From an uncultured delta proteobacterium (GTDB lineage Bacteria > Myxococcota_A > Polyangia > Palsa-1104), in contig CAWAWS010000005.1 in the NCBI GenBank assembly GCA_963785725.1, positions 288,001 through 352,000 of the forward strand: DNA of 64,000 nucleotides, given 5' to 3'. The first letter of the stretch is position 1; each line of letters opens with the position of its first letter. The notes beneath the pieces were generated by a model. The model saw only the letters and a program-made list of their open reading frames with translations. It was not told the origin of the DNA and did not search any database. The translations under genes and the position numbers were made by a program. Shown in pieces: positions 1 through 10,087 of the stretch.

Positions 1-1644
1 GACGGCGTACGTGCCGCTCGGCCATCGTTACTTGGGCGCGCCGCCGCAGCTCGACGCGCACGCGGCGCTCGACGCGCTCAAGCTCGTGCTCGCCGCCGGC
101 CAGCCGCGCAAGCACGTCCACGGCCTCAAGGACGCGATCATCCTGCTCGGCCGCCACGACGCGCGGCTCGGCGGCATCGCGTCCGATCCGCAGATCGCGT
201 CCTATCTGCTCGATCCCAACGAGGAGCACGACGTGACGTCCTTGTGCGACGCGCGCTTGGGCACGAAGATCGAGTCGCGCGTCGACCTCCTCGGCAGCGG
301 CAAGAAAGCGCTCGCCTACGACATGCTCGAGCTCGAGCGCGCCGCGAAATACGCCGGCTGCCAAGCGGAGGCGACGCTGGCGGTCGGTGCGCTGCTGCGC
401 GCCGAGCTGGAGGCGCGCGGCATGGTCAAGCTGCTCGACGATCTCGAGCTGCCGCTGGCGCGCGTGTTGGCGGTGATGGAGCGGCACGGCGTCAAGCTCG
501 ACACGCAGTGGCTGCACACGCTCGGCGTCGACGTCGCCGCCAAGCTGGCGGCGATCGAGAAGGAAGTGGCGACGCTGGCCGGGCAACGACGACATCAACC
601 TGGGCTCGCCCAAGCAGCTGCAGGAGCTGCTCTTCGACAAGCTCGGGCTGCCCGGCATCAAGCGCACGAAGACCGGCTGGTCGACGGACGCCGACGTGCT
701 CGAGGAGCTGGCGCCGCTGCATCCGATCGCGGCCAAGATCCTCGAGCACCGCGTGCTCATGAAGCTCAAGGGCACGTACATCGACGCGCTTGCCGGCGGT
801 GGTCGACCCGCGCGACGGGCGGCTGCACACGTCCTATCGGCAGACGGTGGCGGCGACGGGACGCTTGTCGTCGACGGAGCCGAACCTCCAGAACATCCCG
901 ATTCGCACCGAGCTCGGCAAGGAGATTCGCCGCGCCTTCGTCGCCGCCGAAGGCAGCCTGCTCGTCGCCGCCGACTACTCGCAGATCGAGCTGCGCGTGC
1001 TGGCGCATCTGTCGAAGGATCCGGTGCTCGTCGACGCCTTCCAGCGCGATCAGGACATCCATCGCCGCACCGTCATCGAGATGTTCGGCGAGGACAAGGC
1101 CGACGACAAGGCGCTGCGCTCCGTCGCCAAGATGATCAACTACGGCATCGTCTACGGCCTGTCCGACTTCGGCCTGGCGCAGCGGCTCGGCATCGAGCGC
1201 GCCGACGCCAAACGCTACATCGACGGCTACTTGAAGACCTACGCCGTCCTCGACAAGTACATGAACGACATCATCGCCGACGCCTATCGCGACGGCGGCA
1301 CGCGCACCCTCCTCGGCCGTTTCCGCCCCATTCCCGAGCTCGGCGCGCGCAACAAGCAGCTGCGCAACGCCGGCGAGCGCATGGCGCGCAACACGCCGAT
1401 TCAGGGCACCGCCGCCGACCTCCTCAAGCTGGCGATGATCGAAGTGCAGCGCATGCTCGACAAGGAGAACAGCGGCACCAAGATGCTGTTGACGGTGCAC
1501 GACGAGCTGGTGCTGGAGGCGCCGGCGGCCGACGCCGAGGCGATCGGCAAGCGCCTCGTCGACAAGATGGAGAACGTCTGGAAGCTCGACGTGCCGCTCA
1601 AGGTCGACCTCGGCATCGGGCGCACCTGGGCGGACGCCAAGTAG
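1..1644 (+). CDS. polA: DNA polymerase I, 3' part (5'-truncated by window; apparent frameshifts near 585 and 790)
   Basis: Pol A motifs spread over three frames: LELPLARVLAVMERHG, INLGSPKQL...LFDKL, TGRLSSTEPNLQNIP, ADYSQIELRVLAH, KMINYGIVYG, NTPIQGTAAD, TVHDELV; TAG stop at 1642-1644. Confidence 0.95.
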
Positions 1645-1806
1645 CAAACGTCGCGAAGCGTCGGTCCGGCAAGCCGGCGTCGGCGCGGACCGCGCCGTGA
1701 TCAAGGGTCGGACCCTATTGGGCTTTGCCCAATAGGGCGGGACGGAACGTCCCGTCAGATAGACACGGCTCGCCTTTTTCCGGTTGCTGCTATACTGACC
1801 GCACGC

Positions 1807-3027
1807 ATGCGTTGGTTGGCGTTGTGTGCCTTCGTGCTGGTGGCGCCTGGCTGCAAGAAGGCGGGCAAGGTGCCTGCCGAGACCGAGCGCGCCGCCATGC
1901 GGGCGCCGCAGACGCACTCGGCCGAGGTGGCGCGACCGCTCAAGCGCTGCTTCGATGACGACGCCTCCGGCGATCCGGCGCGACCGCTCGACGCGCTCCT
2001 CGACCGCGCCGCCGAGCGCTACGACCACGGCGACTTCGAGACGTCGCTCGTGTGCGCCGAGGAGGCCGCGCGCGTCGAGCCGCGCTCGGTCGAGGCCCAT
2101 CACGACCGCGCCGCCGCGCTGCAAGAGCTCAATCGCCTCGACGAGGCCGAGTCGGCTTTTACGCGCGCGCTGGCGCTCGATCCCGACGATCCGGAGACGC
2201 TGGCGGGCGCGGCCGACCTCTTCATCAACCGGCTGCCGCCGACGAACGATCACACCGAGACCGGCCTCGAGTTCGCGCGTCGCGGCTCGCGGCGCTTGAA
2301 GCGCGCGCGGGCGCCGCACGGCGCGCATCCCGATCGCGCGCTGGTGTCGCGGCTGGCGCTGCTCGAAGGTCAGGCGCTCAACGATCTCGGCCGCTCGCGC
2401 GAGGCGCTGATGCGGCTCGACGCCGCCTTGGCGGCGGCGCCCGACGACCTGCACACGCGCTACGAGCGCGCGGTGGCGCTCTTCGACCTCTGCCGCTTCG
2501 CCGAGGCGCGGCGCGCGTTCAACGACGTGCTGTCGAAGAATCCGCACGACGCCTGGGCGCATCATCACTTGGGTCTGACGTTGGAGCGGCTGAACGACGT
2601 GGCCGGCGCCGATCGCGAATTGGCGCGCGCGCGGCAAGAGGCGCCCACCGAATTCCACTCGCCCATCGAAGTCTCGGCCTCGGAGTTCCGCGGGCTCGTC
2701 GACGTCGAGGCGCGCAAGCTGCCGCCGGAGCTGCGCGCCGATCTCGGCCGCGTGTCGCTCGAGACCTCCGATCTGCCCGATCTGTCCGACTTGACCGCGG
2801 AAGAGCCGCCGCTGGCGCCGACCATCCTCGGCCTGTTCCGCGGCGCGCCGCTCGGTGAAGCGCCCGAGTCGGAGCAGCGCGCGATCGTCATTTACCGCAA
2901 GAACTTGGCTCGCGCCGTGGCGTCGCGCGACGAGCTGATCACGCAGATCCGCACGACGCTGCTGCACGAGCTCGGCCATCTGCGCGGCGAAGACGACGAC
3001 GCATTGCGCGCCCGCGGCCTCGAATAG
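1807..3027 (+). CDS. Lipoprotein with TPR repeats and a C-terminal zincin-like metallopeptidase domain
   Basis: Signal peptide ending APGC; helical TPR-like repeats; C-terminal ILGLFRG...IVIYRKN...TLLHELGH (HExxH). Confidence 0.8.
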   Translation: MRWLALCAFVLVAPGCKKAGKVPAETERAAMRAPQTHSAEVARPLKRCFDDDASGDPARPLDALLDRAAERYDHGDFETSLVCAEEAARVEPRSVEAHHDRAAALQELNRLDEAESAFTRALALDPDDPETLAGAADLFINRLPPTNDHTETGLEFARRGSRRLKRARAPHGAHPDRALVSRLALLEGQALNDLGRSREALMRLDAALAAAPDDLHTRYERAVALFDLCRFAEARRAFNDVLSKNPHDAWAHHHLGLTLERLNDVAGADRELARARQEAPTEFHSPIEVSASEFRGLVDVEARKLPPELRADLGRVSLETSDLPDLSDLTAEEPPLAPTILGLFRGAPLGEAPESEQRAIVIYRKNLARAVASRDELITQIRTTLLHELGHLRGEDDDALRARGLE

Positions 3028-3040
3028 TACCCTCCATGTC

Positions 3041-4852
3041 GTGAGCCTTCGCACCGACAGCGCCGCCGCGCCGGCGCCTGCAGACGAGCAGCTGCAGCAG
3101 CGCCTGCGCGTCGAGACCCGCAAGGTCGACGCCGTCCGTCAGCTGGGCCGGATCTTCGGCGCCACGCTCGATCTCGATCGCCTGCTGGTGGTGCTCCTCG
3201 AAAAAGTGACCGAGCTGCTCGATGCCGAGCGGGCGACGATCTTCCTCGTCACCGACGACGGCCTGGCGCTGGAGTCGAAGCTGTTCCAAGGCGGCCACGT
3301 CGAGACCATCCGGCTCAAGCGCGGCGAAGGCATCGCCGGCGCCGTCGCGCAATCGGGCGCCACCGCCAACATCCCCGACGCCTACGCCGACGCGCGCTTC
3401 AATCAGACGTTCGACCAAAAGAGCGGCTTTCGTACGCGCTCGATCCTGTGCATGCCGATGCCCGACCACAAAGGCGGCATCCTCGGCGTCGTGCAGGTGC
3501 TCAACAAGCGCCTGGGCCCGTTCTCCGGCGACGACGAGGCGCTGCTCGCCACCGTGGCCGCGCACGCCGGCATCGCCGTCGAGAACGGCAAGCTCTACCG
3601 CTCCGTCCTCGGCAAGAACAGCGCCCTTTTGCGCACGCAGAACGAGCTGCGCCAGCGCATCGCCGAGCTCGACCTCTTGTTCGAGCTGGAGTCGGAGGCG
3701 TCGGCGGCGTTCGATCTCGACGAGCTGTTGGCGCGGCTGTTGTCGCGCGCGATCGAGCTGGTCGGCGTCGAAGCGGGCTCGATCTTGCTGCGCGACCGAG
3801 GCGGCGAGCTCTACTTCTTGACGGCGCAAGGGCCGCACACCGACGGCCTGCAAAAGGTGAAGCTGCCGGCGGGCGAAGGCATCGTCGGCTGGGTCGCGCT
3901 CCATCGCCAGCCGCTCATGGTCAACGATCCCGAGCACGACGCGCGCCACGACCTCTTCATCCCCGAGAAAATAGGCGTCCCGGCACGCAATATCCTCGCC
4001 GTGCCGCTGGTTCCGGCGCGCACGCGCGGCGCCACCGAAGAGGGCTCGCTCGGCGCCATCGAGCTGCTCAACAAGCGCGCCGGCTCCGGCTTCGACGAGG
4101 GCGACATGCGCCTCCTGACGCTCATCGCCGGCCAGGCGTCGCGCGCGATCACGATTACGCGCAATCGTGAAGAGCGCCTCTTGTCGGAGCGCCTCGCGTC
4201 GATCGGGCAGATGATGTCGGGCGTCTTGCATGACATTCGCACGCCGATGACGATCGTGAGCGGCTACGCGCAGCTGATGGCGACCTCCGAAGACGTCAAG
4301 CAGCGGACCCATCACGCCGAGCTCATCCTGAAGCAGCTCGATCTCATGTCGGCGATGACGCGCGAGCTCCTGCAGTTCGCGCGCGGCGAGTCGAACCTCT
4401 ACATCCGCAAGGTCTATCTGCAGATGTGGCTGCCCGAGCTGTGCCAGCAGCTGGAGCGCGAGCTGGCCGGCAAGCACGTCGAGCTGCACGTCGACGCGCG
4501 CTACAAAGGGCTGGCCTACTTCGACGAAAACAAGATGTTCCGCGTCATCTCCAACTTGGCGCGCAACGCGGCGCAGGCCATGGAAGCCGGCGGCCGCTTC
4601 ACCATCACCGTCGACACCGAGGATCCGGAGCTCATCTTGACGTTCAGCGACACCGGTCCCGGCATCCCCGAGGCGATGCTCGGCGGCCGCTTGTTCGAGG
4701 CCTTCGCCAGCTCCGGCAAACCCGACGGCACCGGCCTCGGTCTCGCCATCGTCAAGAAGATCGTCGACGAGCACGGCGGCCGCATCAGCTACAAAACGAG
4801 CAGCGCGGGCACCCACTTCCGCGTCGCCTTGCCATTGCAGCGCGGCTCATGA
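3041..4852 (+). CDS. GAF-GAF sensor histidine kinase
   Basis: Two GAF-like segments (GEGIAG..., GEGIVGWV...); H-box HDIRTP; NLARNA; DTGPGI; GTGLGL. Confidence 0.9.
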   Translation: MSLRTDSAAAPAPADEQLQQRLRVETRKVDAVRQLGRIFGATLDLDRLLVVLLEKVTELLDAERATIFLVTDDGLALESKLFQGGHVETIRLKRGEGIAGAVAQSGATANIPDAYADARFNQTFDQKSGFRTRSILCMPMPDHKGGILGVVQVLNKRLGPFSGDDEALLATVAAHAGIAVENGKLYRSVLGKNSALLRTQNELRQRIAELDLLFELESEASAAFDLDELLARLLSRAIELVGVEAGSILLRDRGGELYFLTAQGPHTDGLQKVKLPAGEGIVGWVALHRQPLMVNDPEHDARHDLFIPEKIGVPARNILAVPLVPARTRGATEEGSLGAIELLNKRAGSGFDEGDMRLLTLIAGQASRAITITRNREERLLSERLASIGQMMSGVLHDIRTPMTIVSGYAQLMATSEDVKQRTHHAELILKQLDLMSAMTRELLQFARGESNLYIRKVYLQMWLPELCQQLERELAGKHVELHVDARYKGLAYFDENKMFRVISNLARNAAQAMEAGGRFTITVDTEDPELILTFSDTGPGIPEAMLGGRLFEAFASSGKPDGTGLGLAIVKKIVDEHGGRISYKTSSAGTHFRVALPLQRGS

Positions 4853-5640
4853 AGCGGACGCTCTTGGTCGTCATGCTGGCCGCGGCCGCGTGCAAGCCGT
4901 CGCCACCGCCGCCGCCGCCGCCGGCCGCGACGCCGGTGCAGCCGCCCGACGCCGCCGCGCTCTACGCCGACGGCAAAGCCGCGCTCGCCGAGAAGAAGCT
5001 GGCACAAGCGGTGAGCCTGTTCACGCGCGCCAGCGCCGCCGCCGGCGACGCCGAGCTGCGCGCCAACTGCTGGCTCGGCCTCGGCGCCGCGTACGGCGAG
5101 CAAGGCGACCACGCGCACGCCGTCGCCGCCTACGAGCAGGTCACGGTGTTGCGCCCCGACGACGCCGACGCCTGGCGCGTGCTCGCCGAGGGCCTGGAAG
5201 CCGCCGGCAAGCGCGACCGCCAGGCGCAGGCGCTCGAGCACGTCGTGGCCATCGACCGCGACGACCTGGCGGCGTTCTTGGATCTGGCCGGCCTCGACGC
5301 AGCGCTCGGTAAAATCGACGCATCGAAAGACGTCTACGTCCGTTACGAGGCGCGGCGTCGCGATGCGCTGGTGGCGCTCGGCAAGGCCAAAGATCCGGCG
5401 GCGCGCGCGCAGGCGGCCGACATCTTGGGCGGCGCGCGCGACGCGGCGACGGCACGCGCGCTCGTGCTGGCGCTGACGGACAAGGATCCGACGGTTCGCG
5501 TCGCCTGCGCGCAGGCGTTGACGCGCGTCGGCCTCGACGTCGACCCCGACGTGCGCCCGGCGCTGAAGGCGCTGCTCGGCAAGGAGAAAGACGAGCGCGT
5601 CCGCACCGCCGTCGACAACGCGCTGTCGTCGACCGATTAA
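4849..5640 (+). CDS. TPR and HEAT-repeat lipoprotein
   Basis: ATGA overlap with the kinase stop; MKRTLLVVMLAAAAC lipobox; poly-Pro linker; TPR helices; HEAT-like LTDKDPTVRVACAQAL. Confidence 0.75.
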   Translation: MKRTLLVVMLAAAACKPSPPPPPPPAATPVQPPDAAALYADGKAALAEKKLAQAVSLFTRASAAAGDAELRANCWLGLGAAYGEQGDHAHAVAAYEQVTVLRPDDADAWRVLAEGLEAAGKRDRQAQALEHVVAIDRDDLAAFLDLAGLDAALGKIDASKDVYVRYEARRRDALVALGKAKDPAARAQAADILGGARDAATARALVLALTDKDPTVRVACAQALTRVGLDVDPDVRPALKALLGKEKDERVRTAVDNALSSTD

Positions 5641-5691
5641 CCCCTACGGCGGCTGGGAATTGCGAGTGAGCGCGGACGGGACGCGCGAGCG

Positions 5692-6834
5692 CTACTTGTT
5701 CAGCGCGAGGGCGTAGAAGTAACCGCCGTTCGACAGGACGTACACCTGTTTGCCGTCGGAGATCGGCGCCGACGACACGCCGTGACCGGGGAAGAAGAAC
5801 TGGTACAGCCGGCCGCTAGCGGCGTCGGCGATGTACGTGCCACCGGTCGCGCCCGACGACGACACCAGCACGTAGCGGTTGATGAGCGTCGGCTCCGACA
5901 GCTCGCCGCCTTCGGTCAGCGACTGGCGCCACAAGAGCCGGCCGTCCATGTCGAGCGCGTGCAGGCCGTTCTTCGCCGCCGTGAAATAGAGCCGCCCGCC
6001 TTTGCCGCTGACGGTGCCCGCGCCCTCGACGTCGAAGCGCCACTTGGTCGAGCCGTCCTTGGGATCGAGCGCGTAGACGCCGCTCGAGTAGGCCGAGACG
6101 AAGAGCGTGTCGCGGTAAAAGAGCGGCGTCGAGTCGACGTCCATGAAGCGCGTGGCCTCGCCGGCGAGCGAGCGCGCCCAGGTCACGTCGCCCGTCGCCG
6201 CCGACAAGCAGGCCAGGTAGCCGTCGGAGAAGCCGACGTAGACGCGACCGTTGATGACGAGCGGCGCCGGATAGCCGCGAATGGTGAAGGCCTCGGGCGC
6301 CTCGCGATCGTACTGCCACTTCCACTTGCCCGAGCGCGCGTCGAGCGCATAGACGCGGTTCTCGCCGCTCGTGAAATAGAGCAGGTCGATGGCGAACACC
6401 GGCTGCGACGCGATGGGCCCGCGCGTCTTGTAGGTCCAGCGCTCCTCGCCGGTGATGGCGTCGAGCGCGTACAGAGCGCCGTCGTCGCAGCCGACGTAGA
6501 CGAGCCCGGTGTCGGCGACGAAGCGCGGCTGGCCGCTGATGGCGCCGCCGAGCTTGTGCTCCCAAATCTTCTGGCCGTCGCGCACGTCGAGCGCGTACAG
6601 GATGCCGCCCGACGAGCCGATGTAGACGCGTTTGCCGTCGGTGGCCGCGCGCGCGAACTCCTGCGGCTTGTACTCGATGAGCGGCTCTTCGGTCAGATGG
6701 CGCCGCCAACGCACTTGCAGCACGTCGACCGGCGCCACGTACGACTCGCGCGCCATGCCCGGAATCGGCGCGCTCGCGCAACCCATCGTCGACAAGGCGG
6801 CGGAAACGGTGACGATGAGCGCGCTACGGTTCAT
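5692..6834 (-). CDS. bamB: PQQ-like beta-propeller lipoprotein, BamB-like
   Basis: Repeated LYALD..G..W propeller blades; lipobox TMGC; directly downstream of a yfgM-like gene, matching the yfgM-bamB synteny. Confidence 0.7.
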   Translation of the reverse strand: MNRSALIVTVSAALSTMGCASAPIPGMARESYVAPVDVLQVRWRRHLTEEPLIEYKPQEFARAATDGKRVYIGSSGGILYALDVRDGQKIWEHKLGGAISGQPRFVADTGLVYVGCDDGALYALDAITGEERWTYKTRGPIASQPVFAIDLLYFTSGENRVYALDARSGKWKWQYDREAPEAFTIRGYPAPLVINGRVYVGFSDGYLACLSAATGDVTWARSLAGEATRFMDVDSTPLFYRDTLFVSAYSSGVYALDPKDGSTKWRFDVEGAGTVSGKGGRLYFTAAKNGLHALDMDGRLLWRQSLTEGGELSEPTLINRYVLVSSSGATGGTYIADAASGRLYQFFFPGHGVSSAPISDGKQVYVLSNGGYFYALALNK

Positions 6835-7571
6835 TGCCCCTCGAGCTGCGCGATCTGGTTCTGCGCCTCGTCTTTGAGCGGCGAGGTCGGCGTCTTGGCG
6901 ATCAGCTCCTTGAGCTTCTCGGCCGCGCCTTTCTTGTCGCCCTTCTTGGTCAGCACGCGCGCTTCGTCCCACAAGGCGCGGTCGCGATAGTAGTCGCCCG
7001 TCTTCGGCTCGAGCTGCTTGTACTCGGCCAGCGCGTCGTCGAGCTTGCCCTGCTGCTCTTTGCAGAGGCCGAGGCCTTCGCGCGCCACGGCCTGCAGCGG
7101 CGACGGATGCGCGTCCTCGAGGAACTTGGCGTAGGCGGCGGCCGCGTCGTCGAGACGCCCTTGATCGAAGTAGATGCCGGCGCGGAACAGCTTGGCCTCG
7201 TGCGCCGCGCCCGAGCTTGAGTGCTTGCCGTCGAACTCGTCGAGCGCCTTCAACGTCGCGTCGGCGCGCTCTTTCTCGGTCTTGAAGCGCGGAATCGGGT
7301 TCTCTTCTTCCGTCTGCTTCGGCGGCTCGTCCGTCGTCAACAGGTCGGCCTCGTAGATGCGCACGGCGCGACCAAAGTCTTCCGTCGCCAACTGCTGCTT
7401 GTGCTCGCTGAACGTCGTCGCGCCCCACACGGCCGCGACCAGCACCGCCGCGGTGACCGCGGTGATGGCGATGGCGCGAGCATAAGGCTCGATTTGCTTG
7501 AAAACCTTGTCCCAGAAGCTGACGAACTCGTCTTCGGGGGCCGTTCGCTGCTTGCGCGTGTACTTCGACAT
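6831..7571 (-). CDS. YfgM-like membrane-anchored TPR protein
   Basis: EDEFVSF N-terminus, a single TM helix, then TPR repeats; overlaps the bamB-like start. Confidence 0.75.
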   Translation of the reverse strand: MSKYTRKQRTAPEDEFVSFWDKVFKQIEPYARAIAITAVTAAVLVAAVWGATTFSEHKQQLATEDFGRAVRIYEADLLTTDEPPKQTEEENPIPRFKTEKERADATLKALDEFDGKHSSSGAAHEAKLFRAGIYFDQGRLDDAAAAYAKFLEDAHPSPLQAVAREGLGLCKEQQGKLDDALAEYKQLEPKTGDYYRDRALWDEARVLTKKGDKKGAAEKLKELIAKTPTSPLKDEAQNQIAQLEGQ

Positions 7572-7680
7572 GGGGGATGCGGTCTTAGCAGGTTGAGGAC
7601 GAATCGTCTAGCGCGCCCGGAACTACGCCGACCGACTTCGAGCGGATGGACGCGCCACCGTTGCGCCTGGTTGCTCGCGC

Positions 7681-8307
7681 GTGTTAACTGGCGCAGTGAT
7701 TCGAGCCACCCGGGCCCTCGCCGCCGCACCGCGCAAGGTAGGGCGAGCCGCCGCGCTGGCGCTGGCACTCGTCGCCGTGACGGCACCGCCGGCGGCGCGT
7801 GCCGATCGCAACGAGTGGTCGGTGTCGGCGTTTCCCGCCTACGCCGTCACCTACGTCGACTCGCGCGCGCCGTCGGGCGGCGGCCTCGGCGGCGAAGTCG
7901 GCTACGGCGTCACCGAATCCTTGACGCTGCAGGCCACCGGCTTCACCAGCTGGCACCCGGTCAAGGCCACGAAGACCACCGCCAAAGGCACGCTCGGCGA
8001 GTTCGCCGGCATGCTCGGCCTCAACTACGCGCTCGACGTCATCCGCCTCGTGCCGTCGTTCGACGTCAGCTTCGGCGTCCTCGGCATCCGCGGCGACGCC
8101 GACTTCACGACCAGCCGCAAAGCCACCGCCGTCGTCCCCGCGTCGACGGCGTTCGGCATCGGCCTCGGCTTCAACTTGGACTACTTGATCACGCGTCACA
8201 TCGCCGTCGGAATCATCGTCCGCTATCACGCATTCCTGACGGATATCACCCGCATCCCCGTCTACCTGTTCGTCGGTCCGCGCGTCACCTTCCGCTTCGG
8301 CGGCTGA
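7681..8307 (+). CDS. Small outer-membrane beta-barrel protein
   Basis: Signal peptide (AARA/D); alternating amphipathic strands; C-terminal VGPRVTFRFGG; start position uncertain. Confidence 0.65.
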   Translation: MLTGAVIRATRALAAAPRKVGRAAALALALVAVTAPPAARADRNEWSVSAFPAYAVTYVDSRAPSGGGLGGEVGYGVTESLTLQATGFTSWHPVKATKTTAKGTLGEFAGMLGLNYALDVIRLVPSFDVSFGVLGIRGDADFTTSRKATAVVPASTAFGIGLGFNLDYLITRHIAVGIIVRYHAFLTDITRIPVYLFVGPRVTFRFGG

Positions 8308-8342
8308 CCCTCCGGCCGCCGCGCCGTGTTACCTTCGTCGCC

Positions 8343-9257
8343 ATGAACACCGAGCCGTTCCTACCGAGCTCGCGCAAGAGCAATCCGCTGCGCTCCAAGG
8401 CGAGCAAGACCATCCTCTTGTGGCTGCTGCTCATCGTGATGTTCGTGAGCATCTACCAGCTGTTCACGGCGCCGACGCCAGGGCACCATCACCAGCAAGC
8501 GCCGACGCCCGATCCATTCGCGTCGCTCTGGCCGCAATGGAGCCTGATGGGCCTCGTCTTCGCGTCCTTCGTCGGCTGGGGCCTCTGGAACCGGCGGAAC
8601 GTGCGGCGCGCATTCGTCATGAACGGCGAAGGCCTCGAGCTGCTCGGTCGCGGCGAGCTGAAGAAGGCGCAGGCGCTGTTCGAGACGATGGGGCAACAGT
8701 TCGGTCGCCTGCGCACGTTCAAGGGCCTGGCGCAGCACAACCTCGCCTGGGTCTTGCTCACCGACGGACAGCTCGAGCGCGCCACGGCCGAGTTGACCGC
8801 GCTCGAGAAGAGCGATGGCCTGGCGACGGCGCCGGCGCTCAAGCCGGGCGCGGCGTCGATGCTGGCGCTGTGTCACGCGCTGGCGGGCAACTTCGAGCTG
8901 GCGACGCCGTGGCTCGCCGAAGCCGAGAAGCGCAAGCCGGCCGCGGGCGAGCCGTTGCGGATCACGGGCACGCTGACGGTGGTGCGCGCCATCATGTTCT
9001 GCCGTCAAGGTCAGCCGGCCGAGGCGACGCGCATGCTCGATCGCGATTGGCACACGCTCGAAGGGCTCGGCGGCGATCAGCTGCGGCCGCTACGCCTCTT
9101 GCGCGCCTTCGCCGCGTCGGCGACGGGCGGACCGCGCGACGACGGCGCCGTCGACCGCCTGCTGGCGCCGCTGCGCGAGAGTCGCCCCGGCTCGCTGCGC
9201 TATCTGACCGTCGCCTGGCCCGAGCTCGGCGCGTTCATAGACCTGCACCACGTCTGA
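8343..9257 (+). CDS. Membrane protein with two TM helices and a TPR-like C-terminal domain
   Basis: KTILLWLLLIVMFVSIYQLF and WSLMGLVFASFVGWGLW TM segments, then TPR-like helices (AQHNLAWVLL). Confidence 0.7.
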   Translation: MNTEPFLPSSRKSNPLRSKASKTILLWLLLIVMFVSIYQLFTAPTPGHHHQQAPTPDPFASLWPQWSLMGLVFASFVGWGLWNRRNVRRAFVMNGEGLELLGRGELKKAQALFETMGQQFGRLRTFKGLAQHNLAWVLLTDGQLERATAELTALEKSDGLATAPALKPGAASMLALCHALAGNFELATPWLAEAEKRKPAAGEPLRITGTLTVVRAIMFCRQGQPAEATRMLDRDWHTLEGLGGDQLRPLRLLRAFAASATGGPRDDGAVDRLLAPLRESRPGSLRYLTVAWPELGAFIDLHHV

Positions 9258-9259
9258 CG

Positions 9260-9538
9260 TCAGAGGCGCTCGGCACCGACGATGAAGTGGTCGCCCTCGC
9301 CGCGCACGTTGCGAACGGTGGCCTCGACCAAGATGTCGTCGTCGTGACGCAGGCCGAGCAGGATGCGATCGCCGACCTGCAAGCCGACGGCGCTGGTGAA
9401 CGAGAAGCCGCTCTCGCTGATGTCGCGCGCGGGCACGATCATCCGGCCGTGCGGCTCGGGCGCGCGCACTTCCAAGTGGCGCTCGAACGGATAGCGCGCA
9501 TGACGGCGACGTTCAGCCGGACGATCCATGCCCGTCAT
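9260..9538 (-). CDS. Stand-alone PilZ domain protein
   Basis: ERRRHARY (RxxxR) and DISESG (DxSxxG) c-di-GMP-binding motifs. Confidence 0.85.
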   Translation of the reverse strand: MTGMDRPAERRRHARYPFERHLEVRAPEPHGRMIVPARDISESGFSFTSAVGLQVGDRILLGLRHDDDILVEATVRNVRGEGDHFIVGAERL

Positions 9539-9666
9539 CGTTAGCAGGAGCGATGCCGACCGTATATAGCGGAATTAACTATGATCTACTGCACGAAACG
9601 GGGGCTGCCACCCGCATTTTCGGAGGGTCGGAGGTCCCGATCCCCCGGTTTCCGGTCACTCGCCCG

Positions 9667-10074
9667 TCAGGGATTGGTCGGGTGGGTCTTGGGCGGCGGG
9701 CCATCGTCATCGAGCATCTGGATCGGCGCCTTCTTCTGTCCGACCGCAGCCGCCGAGTCGTAGGCGATGGTGCTGATGCGCGCGCGCGGGATCGACAGCA
9801 TGCCGAGCGAGCAGTCGATGATGAGCACCTGCGCCTCCTCGGCGTGCACGGTGCCGGCCACGGTCGAGCCGTCGTTGAGGCGCACGCGAACGGCGCGCCC
9901 TTCGGGGACTCCCCCGTCGCCCACGGCGACGCCGCCGCCGTCGGGCGGCTTGGCTGCCGCTGCCGCCGCCTTGCTGGCGGCGCGGGTGCGCGGCTTGTCG
10001 TCGGCGTGCGCCACCGTCAACGTCACCGCGGCCGACAGGAAGAGCGCGCCCAACAGCGCTGCGCGAACGGTCAC
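9667..10074 (-). CDS. Secreted hypothetical protein with an Sm-like beta domain
   Basis: Signal peptide ending AHA; VRVRLNDGSTVAGTV...IPRARISTI. Confidence 0.6.
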   Translation of the reverse strand: MTVRAALLGALFLSAAVTLTVAHADDKPRTRAASKAAAAAAKPPDGGGVAVGDGGVPEGRAVRVRLNDGSTVAGTVHAEEAQVLIIDCSLGMLSIPRARISTIAYDSAAAVGQKKAPIQMLDDDGPPPKTHPTNP

Positions 10075-10087
10075 CGCGTCACCCGCA

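Noticed and set aside
560..800. polA as a pseudogene or programmed frameshift
   Set aside because: Conserved housekeeping gene with all motifs intact across frames. Similar single-base indels occur in malK, malEF, malG, the M23 gene and the hybrid kinase with no shared slippery motif, so long-read indel errors are the simplest explanation.
766..3123. Long antisense and alternative-frame ORFs (e.g. 766-3123, 2939-4816, 14809-16971, 31163-33148, 45438-47501)
   Set aside because: Shadow ORFs expected in high-GC DNA; Arg/Ala-rich, no motifs, and they overlap well-supported genes.
9545..9666. c-di-GMP riboswitch upstream of the PilZ gene (minus-strand CCGGAAACCGG)
   Set aside because: The GAAA-containing stem is present but the other c-di-GMP-I consensus elements are not recognisable; an Infernal search would be needed.
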